DNA from: Bacteroidales bacterium
GTDB taxonomy: Bacteria > Bacteroidota > Bacteroidia > Bacteroidales > BM520
Assembly: GCA_017538085.1 (NCBI GenBank)
Contig: JAFYJP010000151.1
Span: 1 to 42,823 of the forward strand
DNA length: 42,823 bases
Direction: 5' to 3'
The notes beneath the pieces were generated by a model, which worked only from the letters and a program-made list of their open reading frames with translations, was not told where the DNA came from and ran no database searches. How positions within the stretch are numbered: the stretch's first letter is position 1; each line of letters opens with the position of its first letter. Below, piece after piece: positions 18,366 through 29,258 of this stretch. The position numbers were made by a program, and so were the translations under genes.

Positions 18366-20450
18366 TCAATAGATTCCCATCCGTCTTCTTATTATCCATT
18401 CAGCAGCAAGTAAGGCAATGATTGCCAGAAGAACAGGTAAAATGTCTTTAGGCTTTTTATTTACTTGATAATTATAAGTTTTTTGTTCGTTAATATTTGA
18501 TTTCAGAATATCGAATAATTCATCTGTCTCACTGAGTTTGAAGACCTTACCACCAGTTTTGTCCGCAATTTGCTGTAAATCATTGATACGTGCTTGAAGG
18601 TCAATGTGTTCCGGGTCTGAAACAGATATGTTGAATGCTCCTTCGGCATGTTCCGAGCCCGTGGATGCTTTCCATTCATAATGTCCTGCAGGCATATTGT
18701 TGATTTCAAGCATATAGGAACCATCGGATGTTTTGGAAAGATAGTAGGGGTATTCTGTCCCTTCATCATTAGTTATGACAAACTGAACGTCAGCATCGTT
18801 TACAAGTTCATAGCTGTCGTTGTAAAGTTTTGCCATAACTTTAATCGGCTCATTCTGATAAAAGTCGTTGTTTAAATCAATCTGGAAATGTTTGAAGGTT
18901 TCGGAGAGTGACAGGAAATACACCAGGTTGTTGACCATGCCGTCAAAGGCATCAAAGCTGCTGTTGGCTACAAAGTCTCTGATTCGCCATTGCCAGATAC
19001 CTTCACCGAAGATATAGGCTGTTCTGCGGTCACGTTCTTTGACGGTTGCTAAAAGAGGCCGGTTGGTGCTAACATTGTTGATTTTCTGATTTAGCATGAC
19101 ATCGGCGTGAGTTGGCAGTTCGTAAGAGCCGAACGGTGACGTCAGCGGTGAAAAGTTGCTGAAATCGGAGATGAGTTCATTGCTTACGGTGAAGGAACTG
19201 AAAGTCTCCATATAAACAGGATAGGCATCTTCGGCAAGATTTTTCGGGTTGTCGATGCGACAGTCGGGAATCACCTTGGTAAGTGTGCTGAGGCTTGTCT
19301 TTGAACCTATTTCCAAAAGGTACGGTATGTTTTCCCTGTTTATTTTTTCGAAAAGCTGGGTGGACTTCAACGAAACGTCTGGCAGATTTACCATCACTAA
19401 AATGTCTTTGTTGCTGATGGTGCTGATGTCAAGCTCTTCAAATAGGCAGCTTTCAATTTCGTATGAATCGTTGTTCGCAAGAGCTTTGCTAATTGCACCG
19501 AGGTCAGGATGAGCACCGTTACTGATAAGTCTGACATTCGTCTTCCCTTCAATGACTTCCACAACGCAAGTCTTTTCGTTATTGTCAGGGATATAATCGT
19601 CATCAGTGCGGACTATGACAAATTTGTAGAAGTGTTTTCCTTTGCTTGTGGGTTCGAAATCGATGTTAAATGTTGAATAATAAGGATTTGCGTTAATGTT
19701 AAGTTTCTTTGAGGAAATCAGGCTGCCATTGTCGTAAATCTGAAGCATTGCTTCTTTATTGTTGTAGCCGTTGGCTTTCATGCTGATTTCAAATACACAT
19801 TTGCCTTTCAGGTAGGCGGTTTTGTTATACCTTATATTTGTAATTGCCATGTCGTTTCTCGAAGCTGTATCTCCGGTGGCGACGAAATAAATTGGATAAG
19901 TCACAGATTCAGAAGCTATTACAGGATTGATGCCAGCTGTGGAAATGCCATCGGTAAAAATTACAGCCGCATTTACGTCAGAATTGCCATACAGAGTTTC
20001 CGTGTAGCTGAAAATTGAGGAAATATTAGTGTTTATGTCGTTGAAACTTATCGCATTTTCGTCGGTTGCGTCTTCTGAAACAGTATTACCGAACAGAAGA
20101 TATTTGGTTGTGAAGTGCTTATTGAGATTTGATCTGAAATCAGAATAGGATTTTGTGAAGAAGTTTCTGACGTCAGCTGAATCATTGGTGAGCACCATGG
20201 ATTTGGAATTGTCTATTGCACAGACAACCAGCGGTTTGGATGTGCGGCTTATTTTCTTTGTGAAGAGAATGTTCAGAAAGAGAATAAGAATAAGAAACAG
20301 GGACAGGCAGCGAAGGGTAGCGAGCAGGAATTTAACGGGCTTGCTTAATTCCGCTTCTGATTTGTTGCGCCAGTAAAGTATTGCCGTTAGAATGATGGCA
20401 ATGGCGGCGCATGCGATGATGCTTAAAGGATTCGATTCTATTGCTATCAT
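18366..20450 (-). CDS. VWA domain-containing membrane protein (two N-terminal TM helices, one C-terminal TM anchor)
   Basis: MIDAS-like DxSxS (VVCAIDNSKSM) and AVIFTDGIST. Hydrophobic segments lie at both ends. The start overlaps the fabG stop (TAATG). Confidence 0.6.
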   Translation of the reverse strand: MIAIESNPLSIIACAAIAIILTAILYWRNKSEAELSKPVKFLLATLRCLSLFLILILFLNILFTKKISRTSKPLVVCAIDNSKSMVLTNDSADVRNFFTKSYSDFRSNLNKHFTTKYLLFGNTVSEDATDENAISFNDINTNISSIFSYTETLYGNSDVNAAVIFTDGISTAGINPVIASESVTYPIYFVATGDTASRNDMAITNIRYNKTAYLKGKCVFEISMKANGYNNKEAMLQIYDNGSLISSKKLNINANPYYSTFNIDFEPTSKGKHFYKFVIVRTDDDYIPDNNEKTCVVEVIEGKTNVRLISNGAHPDLGAISKALANNDSYEIESCLFEELDISTISNKDILVMVNLPDVSLKSTQLFEKINRENIPYLLEIGSKTSLSTLTKVIPDCRIDNPKNLAEDAYPVYMETFSSFTVSNELISDFSNFSPLTSPFGSYELPTHADVMLNQKINNVSTNRPLLATVKERDRRTAYIFGEGIWQWRIRDFVANSSFDAFDGMVNNLVYFLSLSETFKHFQIDLNNDFYQNEPIKVMAKLYNDSYELVNDADVQFVITNDEGTEYPYYLSKTSDGSYMLEINNMPAGHYEWKASTGSEHAEGAFNISVSDPEHIDLQARINDLQQIADKTGGKVFKLSETDELFDILKSNINEQKTYNYQVNKKPKDILPVLLAIIALLAAEWIIRRRMGIY

Positions 20451-21196
20451 TATGTTAGCATTCCTCCACAGACGTGGATGACTTGTCCGGTTATATATGA
20501 TGACATATCTGAAGCGAGGAATACTGCAGCGTTGGCAATATCTTCAGGTTTTGCCGGACGTTTGAGAGGAATTATCTGCGTGTATTGCTTTATGACTTCT
20601 TCCGGCAGTTGCTTTGTCATTTCAGTTTCAACAAATCCCGGTGCGATGGCATTGCATCGGATGTTTCGTGAGCCAATTTCTTTTGCCAATGATTTTGTGA
20701 AGCCGATGATTCCGGCTTTTGATGCCGAATAATTGGTCTGACCGGCATTTCCGGCGATACCGACAACAGAACTGATGTTGATGATTGTGCCGCTGCGTTG
20801 ATGAATCATGAATGGCTGTATGGCTTTGCTCATGACAAAAACCGATTTCAGGTTGACGTTTATGACTTTGTCCCAATCTTCTTCCTTCATGCGAATCAGA
20901 AGGTTGTCTCGGGTGATACCTGCATTATTAACGAGGATATTAATTTTTCCGAAATCCTTGGCAATTTCATTAATAATGGTTTCAACTTGTTGGGCATTGG
21001 TGACATCAGCATTATATCCTTTGCATACAATGTTGAATCCGGATATTTCATTTACGGTTTCATTTAGTATATCATCAGGAGCAATGTCAATAATTGCCAC
21101 ATTAGCGCCTTCGGAGGCGAATTTCATGGCAATTGATTTGCCGATGCCGCGGGCGGCACCGGTAATTATAGCATTTTTGTTTAGTAATAAATCCAT
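20450..21196 (-). CDS. fabG: 3-oxoacyl-[ACP] reductase
   Basis: SDR motifs TGAARGIGK and NYSASKAG (YxxxK). 248 aa. Confidence 0.88.
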   Translation of the reverse strand: MDLLLNKNAIITGAARGIGKSIAMKFASEGANVAIIDIAPDDILNETVNEISGFNIVCKGYNADVTNAQQVETIINEIAKDFGKINILVNNAGITRDNLLIRMKEEDWDKVINVNLKSVFVMSKAIQPFMIHQRSGTIINISSVVGIAGNAGQTNYSASKAGIIGFTKSLAKEIGSRNIRCNAIAPGFVETEMTKQLPEEVIKQYTQIIPLKRPAKPEDIANAAVFLASDMSSYITGQVIHVCGGMLT

Positions 21197-21208
21197 TTAA
21201 TTGACTGT

Positions 21209-22435
21209 CTAAATTTTTCTAACTGCGAGGCAGGCATTTTGGCCGCCGAAGCCGAATGAGTTTGATATTGCAAGAGTTATGTCGGCTTTCTGGGCCTTGT
21301 TCGGTGTATAGTCGAGGTCGCATTCCGGATCCGGCTCGTTAAGATTAATGGTTGGAGGTATTATGCCTTCGTGCACAGTTAATGCTGTGGCAATCAGTTC
21401 CACTGCACCAGCGGCACCGAGCAGATGCCCAATCATGGATTTGTTGGAGCTGATATGCGCTTTGTAAGCTGCTTCTTCACCGAGAGCGAGCTTTAAGGCT
21501 CTGGTCTCAGCGACGTCGTTCATAACCGTACCTGTGCCGTGTGCATTTACATACAACACGTCATCAGAGGATATATGTGCTTGTGTTACAGCCTGCTTGA
21601 TGGCTTTTGCAATTATCGAGCCGTCGGCAACGGGGGCAGTGATGTGACTTGCATCACAGGTGGTTCCGTAACCGCATATTTCAGCATATATTTTGGCATT
21701 GCGTGCCTTTGCATGTTCATATTCTTCGAGGACGACTACGCCGGCACCTTCTCCCATGATGAAACCGCTCCGCCTTTTGTCGAATGGCAAAGAGGCGGCA
21801 TTAATGTCTGTGGATTTTGTAAGCGCCTTACAATTTGCAAAACCAGAAAAGGCTATCTCTGTCATAGGTGCCTCAGTTCCTCCGGCAATGATGGCATCAG
21901 CTCTTCCGGCGAGAATGGAAAAGTAGGCTTCTCCTATTGATATTCCACTTGTGGCACATGCACAGACAATGGGGATGTTTGGCCCCTGTGCATGAAGGTC
22001 TATGGCCACGTTTGAACTTGCTATATTACAGATAATACTTGGAATAAGAAATGGTGATACCCACTTGGGACCTTCATCCCTCATTCTGTTGTTTTCTGAA
22101 ATTATTGTCCATAAGCCTCCCACACCTGTACCTATATATACACCCAATCTTTCAGGCTCTATTTCCAATTTGCTGTCATTCCATGCTTCGCGTGCGGCTA
22201 TCATGGCATATTGTGTGAATTTGTCTGTCCTTTTTACGGTTTGTGGTTCAAGCCCCATTGCAATGGGATCATAATTCTTTAACTCCGCATCCAACTTCAC
22301 TCCAATCCTGTCATCTGCAATAGACTTTATGAAATCGATTCCTGATACTCCATTCTTAAGATTGTTCCAATAATCGACAACATTATTCCCAATAGGGGTC
22401 AAAGCTCCAATACCGGTAATAACTACTCTTCTCAT
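21209..22435 (-). CDS. fabF: beta-ketoacyl-[ACP] synthase II
   Basis: Cys-His-His triad contexts VCACATSG, ASHITAP and NAHGTGT. 408 aa. Confidence 0.9.
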   Translation of the reverse strand: MRRVVITGIGALTPIGNNVVDYWNNLKNGVSGIDFIKSIADDRIGVKLDAELKNYDPIAMGLEPQTVKRTDKFTQYAMIAAREAWNDSKLEIEPERLGVYIGTGVGGLWTIISENNRMRDEGPKWVSPFLIPSIICNIASSNVAIDLHAQGPNIPIVCACATSGISIGEAYFSILAGRADAIIAGGTEAPMTEIAFSGFANCKALTKSTDINAASLPFDKRRSGFIMGEGAGVVVLEEYEHAKARNAKIYAEICGYGTTCDASHITAPVADGSIIAKAIKQAVTQAHISSDDVLYVNAHGTGTVMNDVAETRALKLALGEEAAYKAHISSNKSMIGHLLGAAGAVELIATALTVHEGIIPPTINLNEPDPECDLDYTPNKAQKADITLAISNSFGFGGQNACLAVRKI

Positions 22436-22479
22436 ATAGAAAATATTTAAAAATTTTATAAAAAATCAATTCAAAATTA

Positions 22480-22487
22480 CAAAGATA
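22480..22487 (-). promoter_or_regulatory. -7 promoter box (minus strand TATCTTTG) for fabF
   Basis: Exact TAnnTTTG, 44 nt upstream of the ATG at 22435. Confidence 0.5.
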
Positions 22488-22527
22488 ACATTTTTTTACG
22501 ATAAATGCCGTTTTGAGAAAAAAAATG

Positions 22528-22535
22528 TAACTTTG
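22528..22535 (+). promoter_or_regulatory. -7 promoter box TAACTTTG
   Basis: Exact TAnnTTTG, 14 nt upstream of the GTG at 22550. Confidence 0.5.
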
Positions 22536-22549
22536 CAAAAAAATAGATA

Positions 22550-23995
22550 GTGATAAAACGTCTTGATAGATTTTTGCTTAAGACTTATATAGGTCCTTTC
22601 ATCTTGACTTTCATAATAGGAGACTTTATTCTTCTGATGCAGTTTTTTTGGAAATATTTCGATGAGCTGGTCGGAAAAGGTCTTGGCTTGCCGGTTATCA
22701 CAAAGTTGACATTGTATACTGCGACCACCTTCGTTCCAATGGCTCTCCCAATAGGTATTCTGCTGTCATCGCTGATTACATTCGGCAATTTGGGAGAACG
22801 TTATGAACTTGTTGCCTTGAAGTCTTCAGGAATATCACTTAACAGAATATTTGCCCCGCTGATAATATTTGCTTTGCTTGTCAGCTGTCTGTCAGCATAT
22901 TTCAGTCAACAGATTTTGCCTAAGATGAACTTGAAGTTCCAGTCGGTTTTTTTCGATATAAGACAGAAAAAACTGACATTCAATCTTGAGGAAGGTGTTT
23001 ATTATTCAGGACTGGAGGGATATATGATCCGTATCGACAAAAAGGAACCGGATGACAGGACAGTGCGCGGAATCATGATTTATTCGCATAAGGGCAATGC
23101 ACAGAATAAAATGGTGACTTTAGCCGAATGGGGAACCATGGACATTGATACCACTACAAGCACTTTAATACTGACACTGCATAATGGCTATTCGTATGAT
23201 GACTCTTACGGTGCCAACAAAATGAAGGATTATCCTTTCAAGCGGCTCCATTTTGAAGTCAGTGAAATGCGATTCGATATGTCTCAGTTTGATATGAACC
23301 AGACCGATGAATCATTATACAGCAACAACTATAAAAATCTGGTGCACCGCGATTTGAAAGAGAAAATCAGGTATCACGATAGTGTGCTCACCAGAAGAGA
23401 GGATAGCTACATGGAACTTGCCGCTAATTGTTTCGATGCAATAAAGGATACCTCCAATGTGGCAAAAAACATAGATGATGCCATATATGGTTTCCTCAAA
23501 AGTCCTGTTTGGGAGAATATGCCTGACAGTATTGACAAGATATCGATAAAGAATGTTGCTTTGGATAAAGCTAAGTCTGATAAGCAGACTGCTGAACTCA
23601 GATACAACACATTAGAATATGAAAGGACGATAAATGCCCGTCATCAGAGTGAAGACCAATACCGTTATGCAATTGCAGCCGCTTGTCTGGTCCTGTTTTT
23701 GGTAGGCGCACCTTTGGGAGCGATAATTCGTAAGGGGGGACTTGGCTTTCCGCTTGTTGTTGCGGTTGTTATTTTCATATTGTACTATATAATTCTCACC
23801 TCGGGTCAGAAATCTGCGCTTGAAGGAACCATGAGTCCTATAGTAGGTATCTGGCTTGCAAATATCATTGTTCTCCCGATTGGATTGTTCCTGACAGCGA
23901 AGGCTGCTGCCGATGCGCCTGTGGTTGACAAGGACTATTGGGTGAAAATATATTTGAAAGTTGTTGGCTTATTCAAAAAAATGAAACGGAAATGA
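22550..23995 (+). CDS. LptF/LptG family permease (YjgP/YjgQ)
   Basis: Three N-terminal TM helices, a large soluble insert, then three C-terminal TM helices. GTG start. 481 aa. Confidence 0.7.
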   Translation: MIKRLDRFLLKTYIGPFILTFIIGDFILLMQFFWKYFDELVGKGLGLPVITKLTLYTATTFVPMALPIGILLSSLITFGNLGERYELVALKSSGISLNRIFAPLIIFALLVSCLSAYFSQQILPKMNLKFQSVFFDIRQKKLTFNLEEGVYYSGLEGYMIRIDKKEPDDRTVRGIMIYSHKGNAQNKMVTLAEWGTMDIDTTTSTLILTLHNGYSYDDSYGANKMKDYPFKRLHFEVSEMRFDMSQFDMNQTDESLYSNNYKNLVHRDLKEKIRYHDSVLTRREDSYMELAANCFDAIKDTSNVAKNIDDAIYGFLKSPVWENMPDSIDKISIKNVALDKAKSDKQTAELRYNTLEYERTINARHQSEDQYRYAIAAACLVLFLVGAPLGAIIRKGGLGFPLVVAVVIFILYYIILTSGQKSALEGTMSPIVGIWLANIIVLPIGLFLTAKAAADAPVVDKDYWVKIYLKVVGLFKKMKRK

Positions 23996-25242
23996 ACATA
24001 CTGTTTTTATGCAATAAGAATCCATATCCCGAAAAAGATGGCGGCTGCCTGTGTATGAATGTTTTCATAAAGGAAGCTGTGAGACGTGGATGGTATGTTA
24101 AAGTTTTGGCTGTCAATTCCAAAAAGAACTTTGTCAATGTTGAAGATATTCCTGAGGAATACAGGGAAAAGACTCATTATGAGAATGTGTTTATGGATAT
24201 GACGGTGAAGCCGTGGTCGTTTCTTGCAACTTATCTGAATGGCCGTTCGCCGCACATAAACCGTTTTATATCAGTTGAGTACAAGAAACGTCTTGTCGAG
24301 ATACTCAAGGGAACCAAATTCGATGTGGTAAGAATAGAGTCCATTTTCATGATGCCTTATATCGATACTGTTCGTGAATATTCTGATGCCATAGTGGATT
24401 TAAGGACTCATAACGTTGAAAACCTGATTTGGAAACGACTTCGGAATGCAGCAGCTAATCCCATAAAGAAACTGTTGTATGATCATGTGGCTTCAACTCT
24501 TGAAAATTATGAATTGAATGTGATACATGCTCCTGACTGCATATCTGCCATTTCTGAGGTCGATGCTCAATGGTTTAGGGAGAAGTTGCAGAATAAACCT
24601 CGTTTTCAGTTGCATCCGCTGGATATTGTTAAGTCTGCTGGTAAACATCCTGTCTGTGTTAATGTCGTTCCATTCGGACTTGATATTCAGAACATTCCGC
24701 TTTATATGGATATAATGCCGGAGCCGGATTCGCTTTTCTATATCGGTGCGATGGACTGGATACCCAACATAGAAGGTCTGGAGTGGTTTCTTTCGCAGGT
24801 GTGGCCGCTTGTCCATCAGAAAATGCCACAGCTTAAATTTTATGTTGCAGGCCGAAATATGCCGCAGTCACTGATTGACAGTCATCCTGAAAATGTGGTT
24901 GTGGTTGGAGAAGTGGCTGATGCCCACGAATTTATGCGTTCCAAAGGAATAATGATAGTTCCTTTGCTTTCGGGCAGTGGTGTGCGTGTCAAAATAATTG
25001 AAGGGCTGACCATGTCGAAAGCGATAGTTACTACTTCTGTCGGTGCTGAAGGTATATCTGTTGCCGATGGTCATGATATAGTGATTTCCGACAAACCTGA
25101 AGAAATGGCTGCATCAATAGTCAGATTAGCTGAAAATCCTGTGTTGGTAAAGAATATTGAAACCCATGCTTTTGAGACAGCGCAACACTATGATGTGCGG
25201 TCTATTTTTTTGAATTGGTTAGAATTCATCGGACGTTCTTGA
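23992..25242 (+). CDS. glycosyltransferase family 4 (GT-B, group 1)
   Basis: C-terminal GT1 motif GSGVRVKIIEGLTMSKAIVTTSVGAEG. Start set at the ATG at 23992 (MNILFLCNKNPYP), giving an ATGA overlap with the lptF/G-like stop. Confidence 0.8.
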   Translation: MNILFLCNKNPYPEKDGGCLCMNVFIKEAVRRGWYVKVLAVNSKKNFVNVEDIPEEYREKTHYENVFMDMTVKPWSFLATYLNGRSPHINRFISVEYKKRLVEILKGTKFDVVRIESIFMMPYIDTVREYSDAIVDLRTHNVENLIWKRLRNAAANPIKKLLYDHVASTLENYELNVIHAPDCISAISEVDAQWFREKLQNKPRFQLHPLDIVKSAGKHPVCVNVVPFGLDIQNIPLYMDIMPEPDSLFYIGAMDWIPNIEGLEWFLSQVWPLVHQKMPQLKFYVAGRNMPQSLIDSHPENVVVVGEVADAHEFMRSKGIMIVPLLSGSGVRVKIIEGLTMSKAIVTTSVGAEGISVADGHDIVISDKPEEMAASIVRLAENPVLVKNIETHAFETAQHYDVRSIFLNWLEFIGRS

Positions 25243-25314
25243 CGGCTGATGCTATGTCGGAGTTTCGGCCGATGTTTTTACTGCGAAGGCGATTGAGGCG
25301 AGCAGCGTTGTGTT

Positions 25315-26664
25315 TTATTTGATGTTAAATACAAGTCGTCCGACTATAATAGTCACAATAGCAAGCGGTGCAATGTATTTAATAATGAAAAAGATGATGT
25401 TTTTGAGCGCTATTTTCGTTGTGCCTTGATTTGTGAGTTCGTCAATGAATGCGGTTTTCTTTAGTTGCCAGCCGATGAAAATTGTAATCAGCAGGCCGCC
25501 AACAGGCATAAGAATGTTAGCGGTAAGATTGTCAAGGATGTTGAAGAAAGACATATTCCCGATAACAATATTCGAGTTGTCTTGCAGGCTGAGTGTTGCA
25601 AACAATCCGACAATCAGTGCTCCTATGGCGCACCATATTGTTGCTTTTTTTCGTTTGATGGAGTGTTCTTCGACGAAATATGCCACTGAAGCTTCAAGCA
25701 GGGAAATTGTTGAGGTCAGTGCGGCAATGGCAAGTAGTATGAAAAAAATCAGACAAAATATGTAACCGCCTGCCATCTGATTGAATATCAGCGGTAAAGT
25801 GTTGAATGCGAGACCGGCACCGGCCTTCGGGCTTATTCCCATTGAGAAGGCAGCAGGAAATATCGTTATTCCGGCAAGAATTGCAACTAATGTGTCGGTC
25901 ATAACCACGGAGGTGGAGGAGGTCAGAAGGTTGTCTTTTTTATTGATGTATGAGCCGTATGTTATCTGTACTCCCATTCCTACGCTAAGCGAAAAAAAGG
26001 CTTGCCCCAATGCACTGATACAAACTTCCGGTGTTATCTTGCTGAAGTCCGGTTTGAAGAAAAACTTTAATCCCTCTGTTGCGTTTGGTAGGGTCAGTGA
26101 CTTGACACACAATATGATAAGGATTACAAACAACATGGGCATCAGCACTTTCGCGTATTTCTCAATGCCTTTCTCAATACCTTTCAGTACAATAAATGCA
26201 GTAAGGATAATAAACAACGTCTGCCAGATGAAAGGCCTGAAGGAATTGTTGAAGTTGGTCATACCTTGTTCTATTTCGGAGATGTTTTTTCCGTGATAGA
26301 AATTAATCAGTGACTTGTAGATGCATTCGAGAGTCCATCCGGCAATTGTCGAATAGAATGCCAGAATTAAGAAAGAACTGATTACACCAACGAATCCGAC
26401 TATAGGCCATGCGGTTTTTGGAGCAAGTGTCTTGAATGCACCGACTGTATTCCGATGTGAGCGTCTTCCGATGATAAATTCCGACAGCATAAGTGGAATG
26501 CCGAGAAATACTATTATCAGAAGATAGACGATGAGAAAAGCACCTCCGCCATTTTCACCGGCTTCGCAGGGGAAACGGTAAATGTTTCCTAATCCGACTG
26601 CCGAACCGGCTGCCGCTGCTATAACTCCGAATTTTGATCCGAAATTTTCACGTTGTTTTTCCAT
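25315..26664 (-). CDS. sodium-dependent transporter (SNF / neurotransmitter:sodium symporter family)
   Basis: GLGNIYRFP signature near the N-terminus, about 12 TM helices, 449 aa. Confidence 0.85.
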   Translation of the reverse strand: MEKQRENFGSKFGVIAAAAGSAVGLGNIYRFPCEAGENGGGAFLIVYLLIIVFLGIPLMLSEFIIGRRSHRNTVGAFKTLAPKTAWPIVGFVGVISSFLILAFYSTIAGWTLECIYKSLINFYHGKNISEIEQGMTNFNNSFRPFIWQTLFIILTAFIVLKGIEKGIEKYAKVLMPMLFVILIILCVKSLTLPNATEGLKFFFKPDFSKITPEVCISALGQAFFSLSVGMGVQITYGSYINKKDNLLTSSTSVVMTDTLVAILAGITIFPAAFSMGISPKAGAGLAFNTLPLIFNQMAGGYIFCLIFFILLAIAALTSTISLLEASVAYFVEEHSIKRKKATIWCAIGALIVGLFATLSLQDNSNIVIGNMSFFNILDNLTANILMPVGGLLITIFIGWQLKKTAFIDELTNQGTTKIALKNIIFFIIKYIAPLAIVTIIVGRLVFNIK

Positions 26665-26673
26665 ATTTGATAG

Positions 26674-28038
26674 TTAGTTGTTTTTTATCAGCAGTGAAAG
26701 GATTTCATCTTTGCCGACGGTGTTCTGTTCACCATTAATCATGTCTTTCACTGAGACACAGTCCTTTGCGATTTCGTCTTCACCTGCGATGACGACATAC
26801 GGTATTCCGCGTTTGTTGGCGTATTCCATTTGTTTCCTGAATTTTACTGAATCAGGATACAATTCAGAGTTGATGCCTTCATGACGCAGTTTGCTGATTA
26901 AAGGCAGGCAATATCTTGCTTCCTTGTCGCCGAGGTTGACGAAAAGTACCTGTGTGGTCTGTGTGCTTTTTTCAGGGAACAGGTTGAGCTCGTTCATGAC
27001 ATCGTAGATGCGTTCCGCCCCGAATGACACACCTACTCCGGAAACGTCAGGCAGACCGAATATTGAGGTAAGGTTGTCATAACGTCCGCCACCACAGATG
27101 CTGCCAATAACAGTATCAGCCGATTTCACCTCGATGATGGCACCGGTATAGTAGTTCAGCCCGCGAGCAAGAGTGAGGTCGAGGTCAAGCTGAGCGGTGG
27201 CGTTTGGACAATCTTCGAGCAGACTGAATATGGTTTCTGTTTCCTCAATACCCTTTAAGCCTTCTTCATTGTCTTTCAGAATTTCTTTCAGTGATGCAAG
27301 TTTGGTCCTGTTGTCACCTGTAAGGGTTAAGATAGGTGTAAGTTTGTTTATTCCTTCATCTTCAATTCCTTTGTCCTTCAGCTCCGCGATTACGTTGTCG
27401 TAACCGATTTTATCCATTTTGTCGATGGCAACGGTGATGTCGGTAAGTTTGTCACTATATCCGATGAAAGAAGCTATCCCGCTCAGAATCTTTCTATTGT
27501 TAAGTTTGATTATTATGTTTATTTTCAATGCTTTAAACACATCGTTAATCATCATAATCAGTTCCGTTTCGTTAAGCATTGAAGTGGTTCCGATTACATC
27601 CACATCGCATTGGTAGAATTCTCTGTAGCGACCTTTCTGAGGACGGTCGGCACGCCATACCGGTTGCATCTGATAGCGTTTGAAAGGGAATACGATATCG
27701 TTGCGGTACATTGTGACATACCTTGCGAACGGGACTGTAAGGTCATATCTCAGCCCTTTTTCGGAAATCTTGTGCATCAGTTTTATTGATGAACTTTTGT
27801 CTTCATCGGTGGTGCTTGCCAGAAAGTCTCCGGAGTTGAGTATTTTGAATAGAAGCTTGTCACCTTCGTCACCGTATTTGCCCATCAAGGTTGACAAGTT
27901 CTCCATTGAAGGCGTTTCTAACGGTTTATAGCCGTATAAGTTGAATATTGATTTTATGGTGTCGAAAATGTAGTTGCGTTTTATCATCGTTTCCGGTGAG
28001 AAATCGCGGGTTCCTTTTGGTATTGATGGTTTCGTCAT
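26674..28038 (-). CDS. hisS: histidine--tRNA ligase
   Basis: Class II motifs [12 protein letters not shown] and GGGRYDNL. 454 aa. Confidence 0.93.
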   Translation of the reverse strand: MTKPSIPKGTRDFSPETMIKRNYIFDTIKSIFNLYGYKPLETPSMENLSTLMGKYGDEGDKLLFKILNSGDFLASTTDEDKSSSIKLMHKISEKGLRYDLTVPFARYVTMYRNDIVFPFKRYQMQPVWRADRPQKGRYREFYQCDVDVIGTTSMLNETELIMMINDVFKALKINIIIKLNNRKILSGIASFIGYSDKLTDITVAIDKMDKIGYDNVIAELKDKGIEDEGINKLTPILTLTGDNRTKLASLKEILKDNEEGLKGIEETETIFSLLEDCPNATAQLDLDLTLARGLNYYTGAIIEVKSADTVIGSICGGGRYDNLTSIFGLPDVSGVGVSFGAERIYDVMNELNLFPEKSTQTTQVLFVNLGDKEARYCLPLISKLRHEGINSELYPDSVKFRKQMEYANKRGIPYVVIAGEDEIAKDCVSVKDMINGEQNTVGKDEILSLLIKNN

Positions 28039-29237
28039 ATTTGTGTTTTTGTATGGAGAGATGCGTCATGTTGCGTCTCTGCAATAAGGTGATTTATAGT
28101 TTGTCCGACGTTTTGCCAATCGTAGGTCCTGTGGACGAATTGGCAGCCGTTTTCGGCTATCTGTTGGGCGAGTTTATTATCGTTGAGTAGTCGAATTATG
28201 TTATTGGCAAGTGAACTGGCATCGTCGCCGATTAATATCTCAGTGTTGTCGGCGGCTTTGAGTGAGTTGTTTGCGAGCGGAGTGGTGATGCATGGCAGAC
28301 GCATTGCCATGGCTTCGAGCAGCTTGTTCTGAAGTCCGGTGCCAATGCGCATCGGTGCTATGAAAACCTTTGCACGCATATAGTAGTCCCGCATATCATT
28401 GACCCAGCCTGTTACAATCACATTGTCACACTGCAGTTTCATTAGTTTATGAGATGGATTTGCGCCTACAATTGCAATTTTGACATCAGGTATTTCAGAT
28501 TTAACAATCGGCATGATTTTTTTGATTAAAAACTCTGAGGCATCGATGTTGGGAGTGTAGCCCATATTGCCTGTGAAGACTATATCAATGTCTTTGATAA
28601 TGTCATCTTTTGGCTTGAAGTAGCTGAAGTCCACGCCATTAGGAACAATGGATATCTGTTCTTTGTTTGGATGTGGATACAGCTTGCGGTCGGCATCGGA
28701 AATGATTATCTTGTTGTCATAAATGCTGAAAATGTCGTGTTCATACCGTTTCAGCCTTCTTACTTCAATATTGTAGAAAGGACGTCTGAGTATGTTGACT
28801 TTCTTGGCGCTTCTTGCAATGTTGACCGACATTGTATCCTGAATGTCAATAGTTTTGGGAATGTCAATGTCTTTAACATGTTCGGTGACGCGCAGCAACT
28901 GGCAGAAGATATGGTCGGGCTTGACTTCATCATAATATTGTCTTAGAGCATCGATACTCTTTTTTGAGGTGTAGTAGCCTACCTGGAATGGTATTTTCTG
29001 AAACATGGTCCTTGCGAGATTCACCATAATTCTGCCTTTTGAAATAGGGAAAATCCTGATGTCTTTGCAGTATTGTCTTAAAACGTTCAGGCTTTCCTCG
29101 GAAGATTTTGCCTCATCAATGGAAAACAGAAATATGTCATAGTACTTTGAGAGCTCTCTGATAAAATTGAAGGCACGCAGTTTGTCGCCTTTTTCTATCG
29201 GATAAGAGACTCTGGATGTAAGTACTAACAGTCGCAT
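28035..29237 (-). CDS. glycosyltransferase family 4 (GT-B, group 1)
   Basis: C-terminal motif [21 protein letters not shown]. The stop overlaps the hisS start (ATGA). Confidence 0.8.
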   Translation of the reverse strand: MRLLVLTSRVSYPIEKGDKLRAFNFIRELSKYYDIFLFSIDEAKSSEESLNVLRQYCKDIRIFPISKGRIMVNLARTMFQKIPFQVGYYTSKKSIDALRQYYDEVKPDHIFCQLLRVTEHVKDIDIPKTIDIQDTMSVNIARSAKKVNILRRPFYNIEVRRLKRYEHDIFSIYDNKIIISDADRKLYPHPNKEQISIVPNGVDFSYFKPKDDIIKDIDIVFTGNMGYTPNIDASEFLIKKIMPIVKSEIPDVKIAIVGANPSHKLMKLQCDNVIVTGWVNDMRDYYMRAKVFIAPMRIGTGLQNKLLEAMAMRLPCITTPLANNSLKAADNTEILIGDDASSLANNIIRLLNDNKLAQQIAENGCQFVHRTYDWQNVGQTINHLIAETQHDASLHTKTQI

Positions 29238-29258
29238 AATCAGTAAGATGATATATTG

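Noticed and set aside
25781-26296. Long antisense ORFs: 171 aa here, 167 aa at 34527-35030 and 168 aa at 12182-12688.
   Set aside because: Each lies entirely opposite a well-supported gene (SNF transporter, SPFH, GWxTD). Their composition is low-complexity or hydrophobic and they have no promoter box. They are typical shadow ORFs.
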